Positions 39,253-49,249 of a DNA stretch of 64,000 nucleotides are shown piece after piece. The position numbers and the translations under genes were made by a program. The stretch's first letter is position 1. The number at the start of each line of letters is the position of its first letter. Under the pieces are notes generated by a model, which saw nothing but the letters and a program-made list of their open reading frames with translations, was not told the DNA's origin and made no database searches. The stretch covers positions 47,872 to 111,871 of the forward strand of contig JBGAIW010000001.1 of assembly GCA_044225265.1 (NCBI GenBank), in the 5' to 3' direction. The DNA is from Reyranella sp. Its GTDB lineage: Bacteria; Pseudomonadota; Alphaproteobacteria; Reyranellales; Reyranellaceae.

Positions 39253-39968
39253 TGGCCGCGCTGCTGAAAGTCGAGCATCTCGAGGTCAAGTACGGCGACC
39301 TGATCGGCGTGGCCGATGTCTCGTTCGAGGTGCCCAAGGGCTCGATGGTGGCGCTGCTGGGCTCCAATGGCGCGGGCAAGACCACGACCCTGAACGCCAT
39401 CGCCGGCATTGCCCGGGTTTCGGCCGGCACCGTCGATTTCGAGGGCGAGAACATGGCGGGCCAGCCGGCCTATGCCATCGTGCGCAAGGGGCTGGCGCTG
39501 TCGCCCGAGGGCTGGCGGCTGTTCGCCATGCAGAGCGTGGAGAACAACCTGCTGCTGGGCGCCACGCCGCTGTCCGACCGCAAGCGCATCCCGGGTCTGC
39601 TCGAACGCGTCTATGCGGTGTTCCCGCGGCTCGCCGAGCGGCGCAACCAGCGCGCCGGCACCATGTCCGGCGGCGAGCGTCAGATGCTGGCGGTCGGCCG
39701 TGCGCTGATGAGCGAACCCAGGCTCCTTATGCTCGACGAGCCGAGCCTCGGTCTCGCGCCTGCGGTCGTCGACACGATGTACGATGCGTTCGCCGCCCTT
39801 CACAAGGACGGGCTGACCATCCTGCTCGCCGAGCAGTCCGTCGATCTCGCCCTGGAAGTCGCCGACCACGCCTACGTGCTGCAGGTCGGCCGCACCGTGC
39901 TGCAGGGGCCGGCGAGGGAGATGGCGACCAATCCCGACGTGCAGCGGATCTATCTCGGCATCGAGTGA
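39252..39968 (+). CDS. LivF-like ABC ATPase
   Basis: GSNGAGKTT, MSGGERQM, LDEPSLGLAP. Confidence 0.9.
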   Translation: MAALLKVEHLEVKYGDLIGVADVSFEVPKGSMVALLGSNGAGKTTTLNAIAGIARVSAGTVDFEGENMAGQPAYAIVRKGLALSPEGWRLFAMQSVENNLLLGATPLSDRKRIPGLLERVYAVFPRLAERRNQRAGTMSGGERQMLAVGRALMSEPRLLMLDEPSLGLAPAVVDTMYDAFAALHKDGLTILLAEQSVDLALEVADHAYVLQVGRTVLQGPAREMATNPDVQRIYLGIE

Positions 39969-41915
39969 TCAGAAGCTGGCGTGCAACCTGCCGCTGAAGA
40001 CATGCACCGGTCCGCGATCGCCGTTGTAGGCGGGGTTGAGCAGGAGCTGATAGTCGGCCGTGATCACCAGGCCCTTGGTCATCTGGAAGGCGTAATAGGA
40101 CTCTATGACCTTTTCCAGCGTGTAGTTCGGTAGTTGCCCGTCGCCGACCAGCGGGCCGAGACCGCCGGCGGCGAAGAAGTTGCGATGTGGTTCCGATACC
40201 CAGTTGATCGCGCCGCCCAGTCCCACGCGGTCGTCGGGGCGGCCCCAGGACCGGCCCTTGATCGACACGCCGCCGGACAGGCTCTGGTCGATATCGGTGA
40301 AGGACATGATCTCGGTCTGCCCGTTGTTCCAGCTCCAGCGCGCGAAGCCGTCGACATCCTCGCTCAGTTCCTGCTGCAGATTCACATAGTAACCGTACTT
40401 GATGCGGGTCTGTCGGGTCTGCGCGATCGTGTTGTCGGCCGTGATTCCGGCAGCGCGCGCCAGCGCTGTGGCGTCGACGTAGGAGCCCGAAAAGCCGCTG
40501 TTCAGAAAGGCGCCGACCTTGGCGACGCCTGGCCGCTCGAGTGCCTTGTAACGCACTTCGAGTTCGGTGACGTAGCCACCGCGGCTGAACAGGTTCCAGT
40601 CCATGACGTTGCCGTTGGACTCGTTGGGCATCAGGAAATAGCCGGTGCGCACCGCCCAGTTCGGCTGGTTGAACTCGACGGCGGCGCCGTAGGTCAGGCC
40701 GAGCCGGTCGGCGGCGTAGTCGAACGCGCCGGCGGCCCAGATCGACCAGTTCATGAAGTCGACGCGCGTGTCTTCGGCATATTCGTTGGTATCGAACAGG
40801 TCGTGGATCGCGTACTTGCCGACCTGCACCGTGATGCGGCGCACGTCCTTCTCGCCCGCGAGCTGGCCGTAGTCGCTCTCGATCTTCTCGCGCTCGCCGC
40901 CCAGGCCGAATTCCTGGCGCAGGAACAGGCGCGACGTGTTGTAGCGCGGAAAGGGAAAGTTCGATTTCTGCGCTTCGCCGTTGGGAAAGCCGCCGGCGCC
41001 GGTGGTGTTGGCGAGCCCGAAGCCCTGCAGCAGCTCGGGATTGAAGTAGAGCTCGCCGCCTTGCCAGAGCCGCACGCCGAGGAAGACGCCCGAGGTCCAG
41101 GTCTCGCGGCTCTGTCCTTCCGGCGGCAGGCTCTGCGGTCCGCTGAAGGCGGCAGGAAAGGGCGTGTAACCCTGCATGATGAAGGTCGTCTGGCCGTGGA
41201 TTTCCCAGCTTCCGGGGCCGCGCGCATCGACGCGGGCAGAATCGTCGGCGCCGTCGAAGCGGTAGTTCAGGCCGACGCGAAAGCGGTGCAGGTCGTACAG
41301 CGAGTCCCAACGCGCCGGCTGGGCAAAGCCGAAACCGCGGATGCCGAGATTGGTATAGAGATACTCGAGCCGCGTCGACCAACGCGGCCCCAGGCTGTAG
41401 TCGACGCCGCCGCCTACCGTGTACCCGAAGCGCCACTGGCCGGGCGTCGCGTCCTCGTTGTCGGTCATGGCGTCGGTGCGCGAATAGCGCGTGCTTGCCC
41501 AGGCGAGTCCGCCGGTCAGGAACGGCGTGAAGGCGCCCATCGAATAGCCGATCCGCCCACGCAGGGTGCCGAGATACTCGAGCTGCTCGTTGCCCGACCC
41601 GCTGTAGGTCGAACGCGTCGCCATGACGTTGGCGAGATCCATGTAATTTGGAAACGAGACGTCGGCTTCGACGCCGAGCATCAGCCGTGACGGGAAATAG
41701 TGCTCGTAGCCGCCCTGCACGCCGCCCATCAGCGTGCCCCAGGGGCTGAAGCCGCCAGCCTGGGCGACGCCGCCCGAGGGATCGCCAAGGGCGGCGTTGG
41801 CGGTACCGAACAGGTAACCGACATGACCGCCGAGATAGAAGGCGGAAGGTGGCGTCTGGGCTGCGGCCGCGGCCGGCAGCAGCAGCGCAGCGATCGCGGC
41901 GGCAGTCCCCTTCAT
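39969..41915 (-). CDS. Outer-membrane protein: small OMP beta-barrel fused to OprB/MnoP-type porin
   Basis: N-terminal GTLRGRIGY..RVGLNYRF barrel; GGFPNGEAQK, FDYAAD; terminal Phe. Confidence 0.82.
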   Translation of the reverse strand: MKGTAAAIAALLLPAAAAAQTPPSAFYLGGHVGYLFGTANAALGDPSGGVAQAGGFSPWGTLMGGVQGGYEHYFPSRLMLGVEADVSFPNYMDLANVMATRSTYSGSGNEQLEYLGTLRGRIGYSMGAFTPFLTGGLAWASTRYSRTDAMTDNEDATPGQWRFGYTVGGGVDYSLGPRWSTRLEYLYTNLGIRGFGFAQPARWDSLYDLHRFRVGLNYRFDGADDSARVDARGPGSWEIHGQTTFIMQGYTPFPAAFSGPQSLPPEGQSRETWTSGVFLGVRLWQGGELYFNPELLQGFGLANTTGAGGFPNGEAQKSNFPFPRYNTSRLFLRQEFGLGGEREKIESDYGQLAGEKDVRRITVQVGKYAIHDLFDTNEYAEDTRVDFMNWSIWAAGAFDYAADRLGLTYGAAVEFNQPNWAVRTGYFLMPNESNGNVMDWNLFSRGGYVTELEVRYKALERPGVAKVGAFLNSGFSGSYVDATALARAAGITADNTIAQTRQTRIKYGYYVNLQQELSEDVDGFARWSWNNGQTEIMSFTDIDQSLSGGVSIKGRSWGRPDDRVGLGGAINWVSEPHRNFFAAGGLGPLVGDGQLPNYTLEKVIESYYAFQMTKGLVITADYQLLLNPAYNGDRGPVHVFSGRLHASF

Positions 41916-41975
41916 TGCCGACGCTCTAGCACGGCGCAGGTTACAGATTGCTTTCAGCGCCCCCCGGCGAGGCGC

Positions 41976-42908
41976 TCATCGGCGCATCAGCACGGCAACA
42001 TGCGCGGCGGCCGAGGCGGCCAACGCCTCGAGATCGTAGCCGCCCTCGAGCGCGGAGACGACACGGCCATGGCAGTGCTTGTCGGCGAGGGCCAGCAGTT
42101 CGCGGGTCAACCAGGCGAAGTCCTCGACCTCGAGATTGAGCTGCGCCAGCGGATCGCGCCGGTGGGCATCGAAGCCGGCCGAGACGATCAGGAGCTCGGG
42201 CGCGAAATCGTCGAGCCGGGGCAGGATGCCGTCGGCCCAGGCGGTGCGGAAGGCGCTGCCGCCGCTGCCGGCCGCCAGCGGCATGTTCACGACGTTGCCG
42301 TCGATGCCGCGCTCGCGCGCCGATCCGGTCCCCGGATAGAACGGAAACTGGTGGGTCGAGGCGTAGAACAGCGACGGATCGCATTCGGCGATCGCCTGCG
42401 TGCCGTTGCCGTGATGGACGTCGAAATCGACGATCGCGACCTTCTTGATTCCGTGCTTGGCCTGCGCATGCCGTGCGCCGATCGCCACGTTGTTGAACAG
42501 GCAGAATCCGCCGGGCAGGGTGGCCGACGCGTGGTGACCGGGCGGCCGGACGGCCGCGAAGGCATTGCTGCACTTGCCGCCCATCACCGCCTCGACCGCC
42601 AGCACGACGGCGCCGGCGGCGCGCTGGACCGCCTCGGCGGTGCCGGCGCTGATCACGGTGTCGGGATCGACATTGACCAATTCGCCCGGCGGTGGCCGCA
42701 CGCTCAGGATGGTCTCGACCAGTTCCGCCGGATGGACTCGTACGAGCTGCTCATGCGTCGCCATCGGCGCCTCGACCCGCTTCAGTCCGTCGAACGCCGG
42801 GTCCTCCAGTGCGCCGAGAAGCGCGCGCAGCCGGTCGGGCCGCTCCGGATGATATTCGCCGGTGTCGTGGTCGAGGAAAGCCGGATGGCTGATCAGCAGC
42901 GTGGACAT
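41976..42908 (-). CDS. Histone deacetylase-family amidohydrolase
   Basis: HPERP, RPPGHHA, GFC, DFDVHHGNGT, GFDAH, LEGGY. Confidence 0.92.
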   Translation of the reverse strand: MSTLLISHPAFLDHDTGEYHPERPDRLRALLGALEDPAFDGLKRVEAPMATHEQLVRVHPAELVETILSVRPPPGELVNVDPDTVISAGTAEAVQRAAGAVVLAVEAVMGGKCSNAFAAVRPPGHHASATLPGGFCLFNNVAIGARHAQAKHGIKKVAIVDFDVHHGNGTQAIAECDPSLFYASTHQFPFYPGTGSARERGIDGNVVNMPLAAGSGGSAFRTAWADGILPRLDDFAPELLIVSAGFDAHRRDPLAQLNLEVEDFAWLTRELLALADKHCHGRVVSALEGGYDLEALAASAAAHVAVLMRR

Positions 42909-42966
42909 GGCCTTACTCTAGTGTGCGTTTGAGGTCGAAGCACCCACGGGTTAATTTGGCACCAAC

Positions 42967-44220
42967 ATGCCCGTACCCAGCGCGTTGATCTGTGTTCGTT
43001 GTAGCGCCCGCTACCCCATCACCCACTACGATCAGGACTGCCCGGCCTGCCGGGCCAAGGGTGTCGGCGCCAATCTCACGGTCGCGTACGACAGCCGGCC
43101 CGGCGAGGGACTCGACCAGGAGCGGCCGCCGCACCGGCCGGGGTCGCTGTGGCGCTGGGACGACTTCCTGCACGCATCGGCCGCAGAAGCGGTCAGCCTG
43201 GGCGAGGGCAATACCCCGCTGCTGCACGCCCCGTCGCTCGGCCTCGGCGATGTCTGGATCAAGGACGAATCGCGCAATCCCACCTGGTCATTCAAGGACC
43301 GGCTGGCGTCCGGCGCGCTGACCATGGCGAAGAAATTCGGCGCCAAGGTCATCGCCTCGAGTTCTTCGGGAAATGCCGGCGCGGCGGCGGCGGCATTCGC
43401 GGCCAAGGCCGGCATTCCCTGCGTGGTCTTCACGTTCGTCGGATCGGCCGGTCCGCTGGTCCTGCAGATGCGCGCCTATGGCGCGATGGTGGTGAAGGTC
43501 ACCGACAAGGCCGATCGCTGGCGCCTGCAGACGATGGGTGTCCGCGAATTCGGCTGGTATCCGACTTCGCCGTTTTTCGGCCCCGTCGTCGGCAGCAACC
43601 CCTACGGCATGGAAGCCTACAAGACCATCGCCTACGAGGTCGCCGAGTCGTTCGACTGGGACGTGCCGGACTGGTGCGTCCTGCCGGTGTGCTATGGCGA
43701 CGCGCTGTACGGCATGTGGAAGGGCTTCGAGGAACTGAAGGCGATCGGCTGGACTAGGCGCGTGCCGCGCTTCGTCGCGGCAGAAGTCTCCGGCTCGCTG
43801 CCCGCCGCACTCGCCTCGGGCGACCCGATGCCGCCGGTCACGACGCGCAACGCGCCCTCGATCGCGACCTCGATCGGTGCCGCGCAGGGTACGGTCCAGT
43901 CGCTCGACGTACTGCGCAAGACCAACGGCGCCGCCGTCACCGTCGAGGACGACGAGATGCGGCGCTGGGTGGTCAAGCTCGCGGCCAAGGAGGGCATCTG
44001 GCCCGAGGCCTCGTCGGCTGCGCCTTTTGCCGCGATCGAGCAGCTGCGCGCGAAAGGCGTCATCAAGCCCGACGAACGCTGCGTTGCTCTGCTCACCGCC
44101 GCCGGGTTGAAAGACACAGGGCCGATCGAGACGGCGCTGCCGGAGCCACCGGTCGTGACCGGTGGCCTGAAGGAGCTGATGGCGGCGCTGAAGAACAGCT
44201 ACGGCTTCGACCATGGCTGA
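42967..44220 (+). CDS. Threonine synthase-like PLP enzyme
   Basis: N-terminal CxxC..CxxC, SLGEGNTPL, NPTWSFKDR, SSGNAG. Confidence 0.8.
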   Translation: MPVPSALICVRCSARYPITHYDQDCPACRAKGVGANLTVAYDSRPGEGLDQERPPHRPGSLWRWDDFLHASAAEAVSLGEGNTPLLHAPSLGLGDVWIKDESRNPTWSFKDRLASGALTMAKKFGAKVIASSSSGNAGAAAAAFAAKAGIPCVVFTFVGSAGPLVLQMRAYGAMVVKVTDKADRWRLQTMGVREFGWYPTSPFFGPVVGSNPYGMEAYKTIAYEVAESFDWDVPDWCVLPVCYGDALYGMWKGFEELKAIGWTRRVPRFVAAEVSGSLPAALASGDPMPPVTTRNAPSIATSIGAAQGTVQSLDVLRKTNGAAVTVEDDEMRRWVVKLAAKEGIWPEASSAAPFAAIEQLRAKGVIKPDERCVALLTAAGLKDTGPIETALPEPPVVTGGLKELMAALKNSYGFDHG

Positions 44221-45166
44221 CAAGGGAGCCGGGTTCGGCATTTCGATGGATGGTCGCGCGCCGATTGCCGACATTCCTGCACAGGCGCGGGCGGCCGAAG
44301 AGGGGGGCGCCTCGACGCTCTGGATCGCCTGCCATCTTTATCTGCGCGATCCGGTGGCGACCGCGGCCATCGCTCTGGGGGCGACGAAGAAGATCAAGGT
44401 CGCGTTGATGGCGATGAGCCCCTACTCGACCCATCCGGTCTATATCGCCATGGCGGCAGCGACCCTGGACGAGATGTTTCCCGGTCGCGTGATCCTCTGC
44501 CTCGGCGCCGGCGCCCCGATGGACCTGAAGGCTGCCGGCATCGACTCGCCGAAGCCGCTGGTCGCGATCCGCGAGGCTGCCAAGATCTGCCGAGCCCTGT
44601 TCAAGGGCGAGATGGCGGACGTCCAGGGCGAGATCTTCAAGGTCGCGGGCCGGCGATTGGCCAACGGTGGCCGCGACATTCCGATCGTGATCGCTGCCTC
44701 GCGGCCCAACATGCTGAAGCTTGCCGGCAAGGCGACCGACGGTGTGCTGATCTCGGCCGCAACTTCGCCGCCCTTCGTGAAGGCCTGCCTGGAGCAGGCA
44801 GCGCCGCCTGCGGGTGCGCGCTACCTGCGTGCCGGTATCGTGTACACGAGGCTCGGTCCGATCGATTCCATCCGCCGGCCGATCGGCTTCGTGCTGCGTG
44901 GCGCTCACCATGCCGAGAATGTGCGCCTGGGCGGCACCGGCCTCGATCAGACGGCTCTCGCGGCCGCCTACGCCTCGGAGAACTGGGGCGAAGTCGACCG
45001 TCTGGTGGGCGACGACGTGCTCAGGGCGCACGCTGCCTGCGGTACGCCGCAGCAGGTCAAGGCCAAGCTCGAGGAGTATCGCGCCTACGGTCTCGACGAG
45101 GTGGTGATCGGCGGCATGGATACTGCAGAGGGTATTGCCTCGGCATTGAAGGCAGCTACCTCATGA
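44213..45166 (+). CDS. LLM-class oxidoreductase (Mer-like)
   Basis: HLYLRDP, HPVYIAMAAATLDEMFPGR, ADGVL-like region. Confidence 0.82.
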   Translation: MADKGAGFGISMDGRAPIADIPAQARAAEEGGASTLWIACHLYLRDPVATAAIALGATKKIKVALMAMSPYSTHPVYIAMAAATLDEMFPGRVILCLGAGAPMDLKAAGIDSPKPLVAIREAAKICRALFKGEMADVQGEIFKVAGRRLANGGRDIPIVIAASRPNMLKLAGKATDGVLISAATSPPFVKACLEQAAPPAGARYLRAGIVYTRLGPIDSIRRPIGFVLRGAHHAENVRLGGTGLDQTALAAAYASENWGEVDRLVGDDVLRAHAACGTPQQVKAKLEEYRAYGLDEVVIGGMDTAEGIASALKAATS

Positions 45167-46155
45167 AATTCAGCATCTCCCTCCCGACCGGTTTCGAAGG
45201 CGTCATGTATCCGGTGCCATTCGTAGATCCGTCGGACTTCGTGCGCATGGCCAGGCTCTGCGAAAAACTTGGCTACCATTCGGTGTGGGGCAACGACCAC
45301 ATCCAGAGCCAGCATTATGTGCGCGAGCTCTATCCCAACTCGCCGCCAAATTTCTACGAGCTGTTGACGGTGCTGTCGTTCTGTGCGGCAGCGACGACGA
45401 CTCTCGAGGTCGGCACTGCGCTTGCCGTGCAGCCGATGCGCGATCCATTCTGGCTCGCCAAGACCGCCGCCACCATCGATCAGCTTTCGAACGGCCGGCT
45501 GATCCTGGCACTCGGGATCGGCGCGTATCGCGAGGAGTTCGCTGCCTGGGCGCCCAGGCTCGCGCCCAAGGCGCAGCGCGGTGAGATGATGGACGAGGGG
45601 CTCGAGCTGATTCAGCGACTGTTCAAGGAACGCCGGGTCACGCACGAGGGCAAGTACTACGCGGTCAAGGACATCGAGATGTACCCCAAGCCCAAGCGCG
45701 ATCCCTTCGCTCTGTGGCTGGGTGGGCACAACAAGCCGACCATCGAGCGCACTGCGCGGCTCGCCACCGGCTGGCTGCCGGGATGGCGGCCATGGCCGGA
45801 ACTCGCCGAGTGGATCAAGCTCCTGAAGGACCGCGCCGCCGAACTGGGCCGCGACCCGAAGGAGATCGAGATCGCGCCACAATTCTCGCTGACCATCGCC
45901 AAGACGCCGGAAGAAGCTGAGAAGCGCTACATGGCGTCCGGCCTGGTCGCCCACCGCAAGTCGCTCGCCTATACCGGCCGCGATCTTTCCAAGCAGGTGG
46001 TGGCCAACCTGGTGGGCTCACCAGATCTCATCAGGGAAAAGGTGGCCGGTCTCAAGGCGATCGGCGTCGACCACGCCTGCGCCCTCATGATCCCTGCCGA
46101 CTCGATGGCCGAATTCGAGGATCAGGTCGAGTGGTTTGCCAAAACCGTAATGTAG
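45163..46155 (+). CDS. LLM-class, probable F420-dependent oxidoreductase
   Basis: VWGNDH, LAKTAATIDQLSNGRL, WLGGH, GWLP. Confidence 0.85.
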   Translation: MKFSISLPTGFEGVMYPVPFVDPSDFVRMARLCEKLGYHSVWGNDHIQSQHYVRELYPNSPPNFYELLTVLSFCAAATTTLEVGTALAVQPMRDPFWLAKTAATIDQLSNGRLILALGIGAYREEFAAWAPRLAPKAQRGEMMDEGLELIQRLFKERRVTHEGKYYAVKDIEMYPKPKRDPFALWLGGHNKPTIERTARLATGWLPGWRPWPELAEWIKLLKDRAAELGRDPKEIEIAPQFSLTIAKTPEEAEKRYMASGLVAHRKSLAYTGRDLSKQVVANLVGSPDLIREKVAGLKAIGVDHACALMIPADSMAEFEDQVEWFAKTVM

Positions 46156-46203
46156 CGCGGGGCGCCAAGCCTGGGGCCCGCACCGTTCCTACTACCCACA
46201 TTC

Positions 46204-47082
46204 TTACCCGAAGCGGCGGATCACGTTCTCGCTGAACCGGGCGAGATTGCCTTCCAGATCGGGCATGAAGGCGCTGACCGGCAGTACCAGTCGAGTGATG
46301 CCGTGCTTGCGACGTTCCTCGATGGCCGTCTTTGGATCCTTGGTCGAGCCTGGCAGCAGGTCCGGGCAGCCGCCCAGCATCTCGATCGCCGCGGGATCGC
46401 GCCCGGCCTCGGCGGCGGCGCGGCGGCAGACGTCGTAAAGCGGCAGGGTGTCCACCGTGGCGCCGATCGACGGGAAAAAGCCCTGGCCGAGGCGGCCGGC
46501 GCGCTTGGCTGCCGCTTCGGAATGGCCGCCGATGACGATCGGCACGGCACGTGCGACCGGCTTGGGATTGCAGCTCACCTGATCGAAAGCGACGAACTCG
46601 CCCTTGAAGCTTGCCCCGTCCGCTGACCACAGGGCACGCATGGCGGCGACGTACTCGTCCGATCGCTTGCCTCGCTTGGCGAAGGGCACGCCCAGCGCCT
46701 CGAACTCCTCCTTCAGCCAGCCGACGCCGATGCCCAGTTCGATGCGCCCACCGCTCATGAAGTCGAGCGTCGCGACCTGCTTGGCAAGGACCAGTGGATT
46801 GCGAAGCGGCAGGATGATCACGCCGGTCATGAAGCGCAGCTTCGTCGTCACCGCGGCCATTGCCGACATCCAGATCAAAGGATCTGGCAGCGGCGTGTTC
46901 GGACCGCCGAACAGTCGCCCGGTGGGCGAGTAGGGATAGGTCGAGGTGTAGTTGTCCGGGAAGACGACGTGGTCGACGGCGATCACCGAGTCGAAGCCGG
47001 CGGCTTCGGCGAGTTTGACGTAGTGGGCGGCAGCGGCGAATTCCGGGAACGTGTTGTTCCCGAAGTGAAGCGTGAATTTCAC
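46204..47082 (-). CDS. LLM-class F420-dependent oxidoreductase (Rv2161c-like)
   Basis: DHVVFP, YPYSPTG, RNPLVLAKQVATLD, GVGWLKEEF; GTG 47082. Confidence 0.85.
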   Translation of the reverse strand: MKFTLHFGNNTFPEFAAAAHYVKLAEAAGFDSVIAVDHVVFPDNYTSTYPYSPTGRLFGGPNTPLPDPLIWMSAMAAVTTKLRFMTGVIILPLRNPLVLAKQVATLDFMSGGRIELGIGVGWLKEEFEALGVPFAKRGKRSDEYVAAMRALWSADGASFKGEFVAFDQVSCNPKPVARAVPIVIGGHSEAAAKRAGRLGQGFFPSIGATVDTLPLYDVCRRAAAEAGRDPAAIEMLGGCPDLLPGSTKDPKTAIEERRKHGITRLVLPVSAFMPDLEGNLARFSENVIRRFG

Positions 47083-47984
47083 AGCAGGTCCTTCACCGCG
47101 TTGCGATAGCGCGTGATCGCCTTGAGGTGATCGTCGTAGGTCTTGCCGGCGATCCGCGTGTGGATGGGGTTGGAGAAAGTGGTGTGCAGGGTGATGTGCG
47201 AGACGCCCGCCTTTTTCCAGAAGGTGATCTCCTTGCGCCAGTCTTCCTCGGTGCCCTTGCCCATCGACACCCAGACATCGAGCCCGACATCGGCGGGATT
47301 GCGGCCAGCCTCCTTGGTGAGGCGGCGAATCTTCTCGAACACCGCCAACGCCTCGTCGCCCGGCGGCCAGCGATTCGGCATGAAGCCGTCGCCGTACTTC
47401 GCGATGCGCTTGTAGGTCGCCTCGGCGTGACCGCCGAACCATACCGGCACCTTGCCGGACTTGGGCCGCGGGTTGATGCCGCCGTCGGTCAGTTCGTGGA
47501 ACTCGCCCTTGAAGGTGACGGAGGGCTTGGACCACAGCTCCTGCATGAACCGCACCTGCTCCGCCGAGCGCTTGCCGCGGGTGTGGAAGTCGTAGCCCAG
47601 CCCCTGGAATTCGATCTCATTCCAGCCGACGCCGACACCGAGGCGAAAGCGGCTGCCCGACAGTTCGTCGAGGCAGGCCGCCTGCTTGGCGACGAGCGCC
47701 GCCTGCCGCTGCGCCAGGATCAGCACGCCGGCGACGAATTCGATCTTCTTCGTGACGCCGGACAGGTAGCCGAACAGCACGAACGGATCGTGATAGGGCG
47801 TGGCGTTCGAGCCCATGCGCGGGCCGCCGGCCTGGATCTTGGCCGGATCGACGCCCAGCACGTGATCGGGAGCGCAGAGAAAGTCGTAGCCCAGGCCTTC
47901 GGCGGCCTGTGCGTAGTCGAGGACGATAGCGGGGCCGGCACCGAAGTCGCCGATGGGAAGGGAAGCTCCGAGTTGCATGGCCAT
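47079..47984 (-). CDS. LLM-class F420-dependent oxidoreductase
   Basis: PDHVLG, HDPFVLFGY, QRQAALVAKQAA, GVGWNEIE. Confidence 0.85.
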   Translation of the reverse strand: MAMQLGASLPIGDFGAGPAIVLDYAQAAEGLGYDFLCAPDHVLGVDPAKIQAGGPRMGSNATPYHDPFVLFGYLSGVTKKIEFVAGVLILAQRQAALVAKQAACLDELSGSRFRLGVGVGWNEIEFQGLGYDFHTRGKRSAEQVRFMQELWSKPSVTFKGEFHELTDGGINPRPKSGKVPVWFGGHAEATYKRIAKYGDGFMPNRWPPGDEALAVFEKIRRLTKEAGRNPADVGLDVWVSMGKGTEEDWRKEITFWKKAGVSHITLHTTFSNPIHTRIAGKTYDDHLKAITRYRNAVKDLL

Positions 47985-47988
47985 GGTC

Positions 47989-49230
47989 TTACTCCGCCGC
48001 CGCCGCGGCCCGCTTGAGGTCAGTCGAATACCTGAGATGCACCGGCGCGTTCGCCTCGAACGGGCTCTTGAGGTCGAGGCTCTTGGCGATCTCGCGCAGG
48101 GCCGGGAACACTTCGGTGCCCATCAGCCTGATGCAGGTGAGCGAATCCTCCTGGCTGACCCGTCCGTCGTTGCCCCACAGGGCGAGAATGCCCGGGCGCG
48201 TCTCCTCGAGGATGCGCTTCAGCTTGGCGACCACGGTCTTGGGCGTGCCGGCGATGATGCGCAGGTCCGCCATCTGCTGCTCGAAGCTGGTCTCGCCGCG
48301 CGGGTTCTGGGCGCGGCCCGAGGCGAACTCCACGAACGCCCGGCGGTTGGTCGGCGAGCCGTAGCCCGACGGCGTGCTCCACACCGGATGGGCGAGGCCG
48401 GTGAACTCGCCCTGCATCCAGCGGAACTGGCGGGCGTTGTTGATCGCCTTCTCCTCGTTGTCGGAGATGTGGACCTGGATCAGGTAACCGCGATTTTCCG
48501 GGCCACCGACATAGCCTGCCTGCAGCGCCACCTGGTCGTAGAGCTCCCAGATCTTCTTGGTCTGCTCGATCGAGGTGTTGAGTGCGATGTAGGGATAGCG
48601 CTGCTGCGCAGCCCACACGATCGTCTCCTTGCTGATCACGCCCGGGATCCAGACGCGCGGGTAGGGCTTCTGCAGCGGCACGGCCCATGGGTTCACGACG
48701 CGGTGCTGGTAGTGCGTGCCCTCGAAGCGGAACGGGCCGGGCTGCGTCCAGGCCTTGACCACCAGCTCGTGCGCCTCCTCGAAGCGTTCGCGGTTGAAGG
48801 CGGGGTTCACACCGGTGGCGAGCTGCTCCTGGCCGCCGCCGCGCACGAAGCCCGAGACCAGGCGGCCCTTCGAGATCATGTCGATCATCGCGAGTTCTTC
48901 GGCCAGTCGCACCGGGTTCTCGGCGAGCGGCAGCGGATTGCCCAGCATCACGATCTTGGCCTTCTTGGTCATTCCGGCCAGGATCGCGGCGAAAATGTTG
49001 GCCTTGGCCTGCATGCAGAACGGCGCGTTGTGGTGCTCGTTCAGCATGATGCCGTCGACGCCGACCTCCTCGGCCAGCATGTATTGCTCGATGTAGTTGT
49101 TGTAGAGGCGTGAGCCTTCCTTCGGATCGAAGTGCGTATTGGGGAACATCAGCGCCGTGGCGCCGAACTTGCGGCCCTCCTCCTCGGGATAGGCCGACAT
49201 CGGCTGTTCGGTGAAGTACATCAGGTGCAT
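47989..49230 (-). CDS. LLM-class flavin-dependent oxidoreductase
   Basis: LNEHH, PVRLAEELAMIDMISKGRL, NPWAVPLQKPYP. Confidence 0.85.
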   Translation of the reverse strand: MHLMYFTEQPMSAYPEEEGRKFGATALMFPNTHFDPKEGSRLYNNYIEQYMLAEEVGVDGIMLNEHHNAPFCMQAKANIFAAILAGMTKKAKIVMLGNPLPLAENPVRLAEELAMIDMISKGRLVSGFVRGGGQEQLATGVNPAFNRERFEEAHELVVKAWTQPGPFRFEGTHYQHRVVNPWAVPLQKPYPRVWIPGVISKETIVWAAQQRYPYIALNTSIEQTKKIWELYDQVALQAGYVGGPENRGYLIQVHISDNEEKAINNARQFRWMQGEFTGLAHPVWSTPSGYGSPTNRRAFVEFASGRAQNPRGETSFEQQMADLRIIAGTPKTVVAKLKRILEETRPGILALWGNDGRVSQEDSLTCIRLMGTEVFPALREIAKSLDLKSPFEANAPVHLRYSTDLKRAAAAAE

Positions 49231-49249
49231 GGCGATTACTCCCCGACTG

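Noticed and set aside
41976-42908. Histone deacetylase as a eukaryote-like novelty
   Set aside because: HDAC-family amidohydrolases are common in bacteria.
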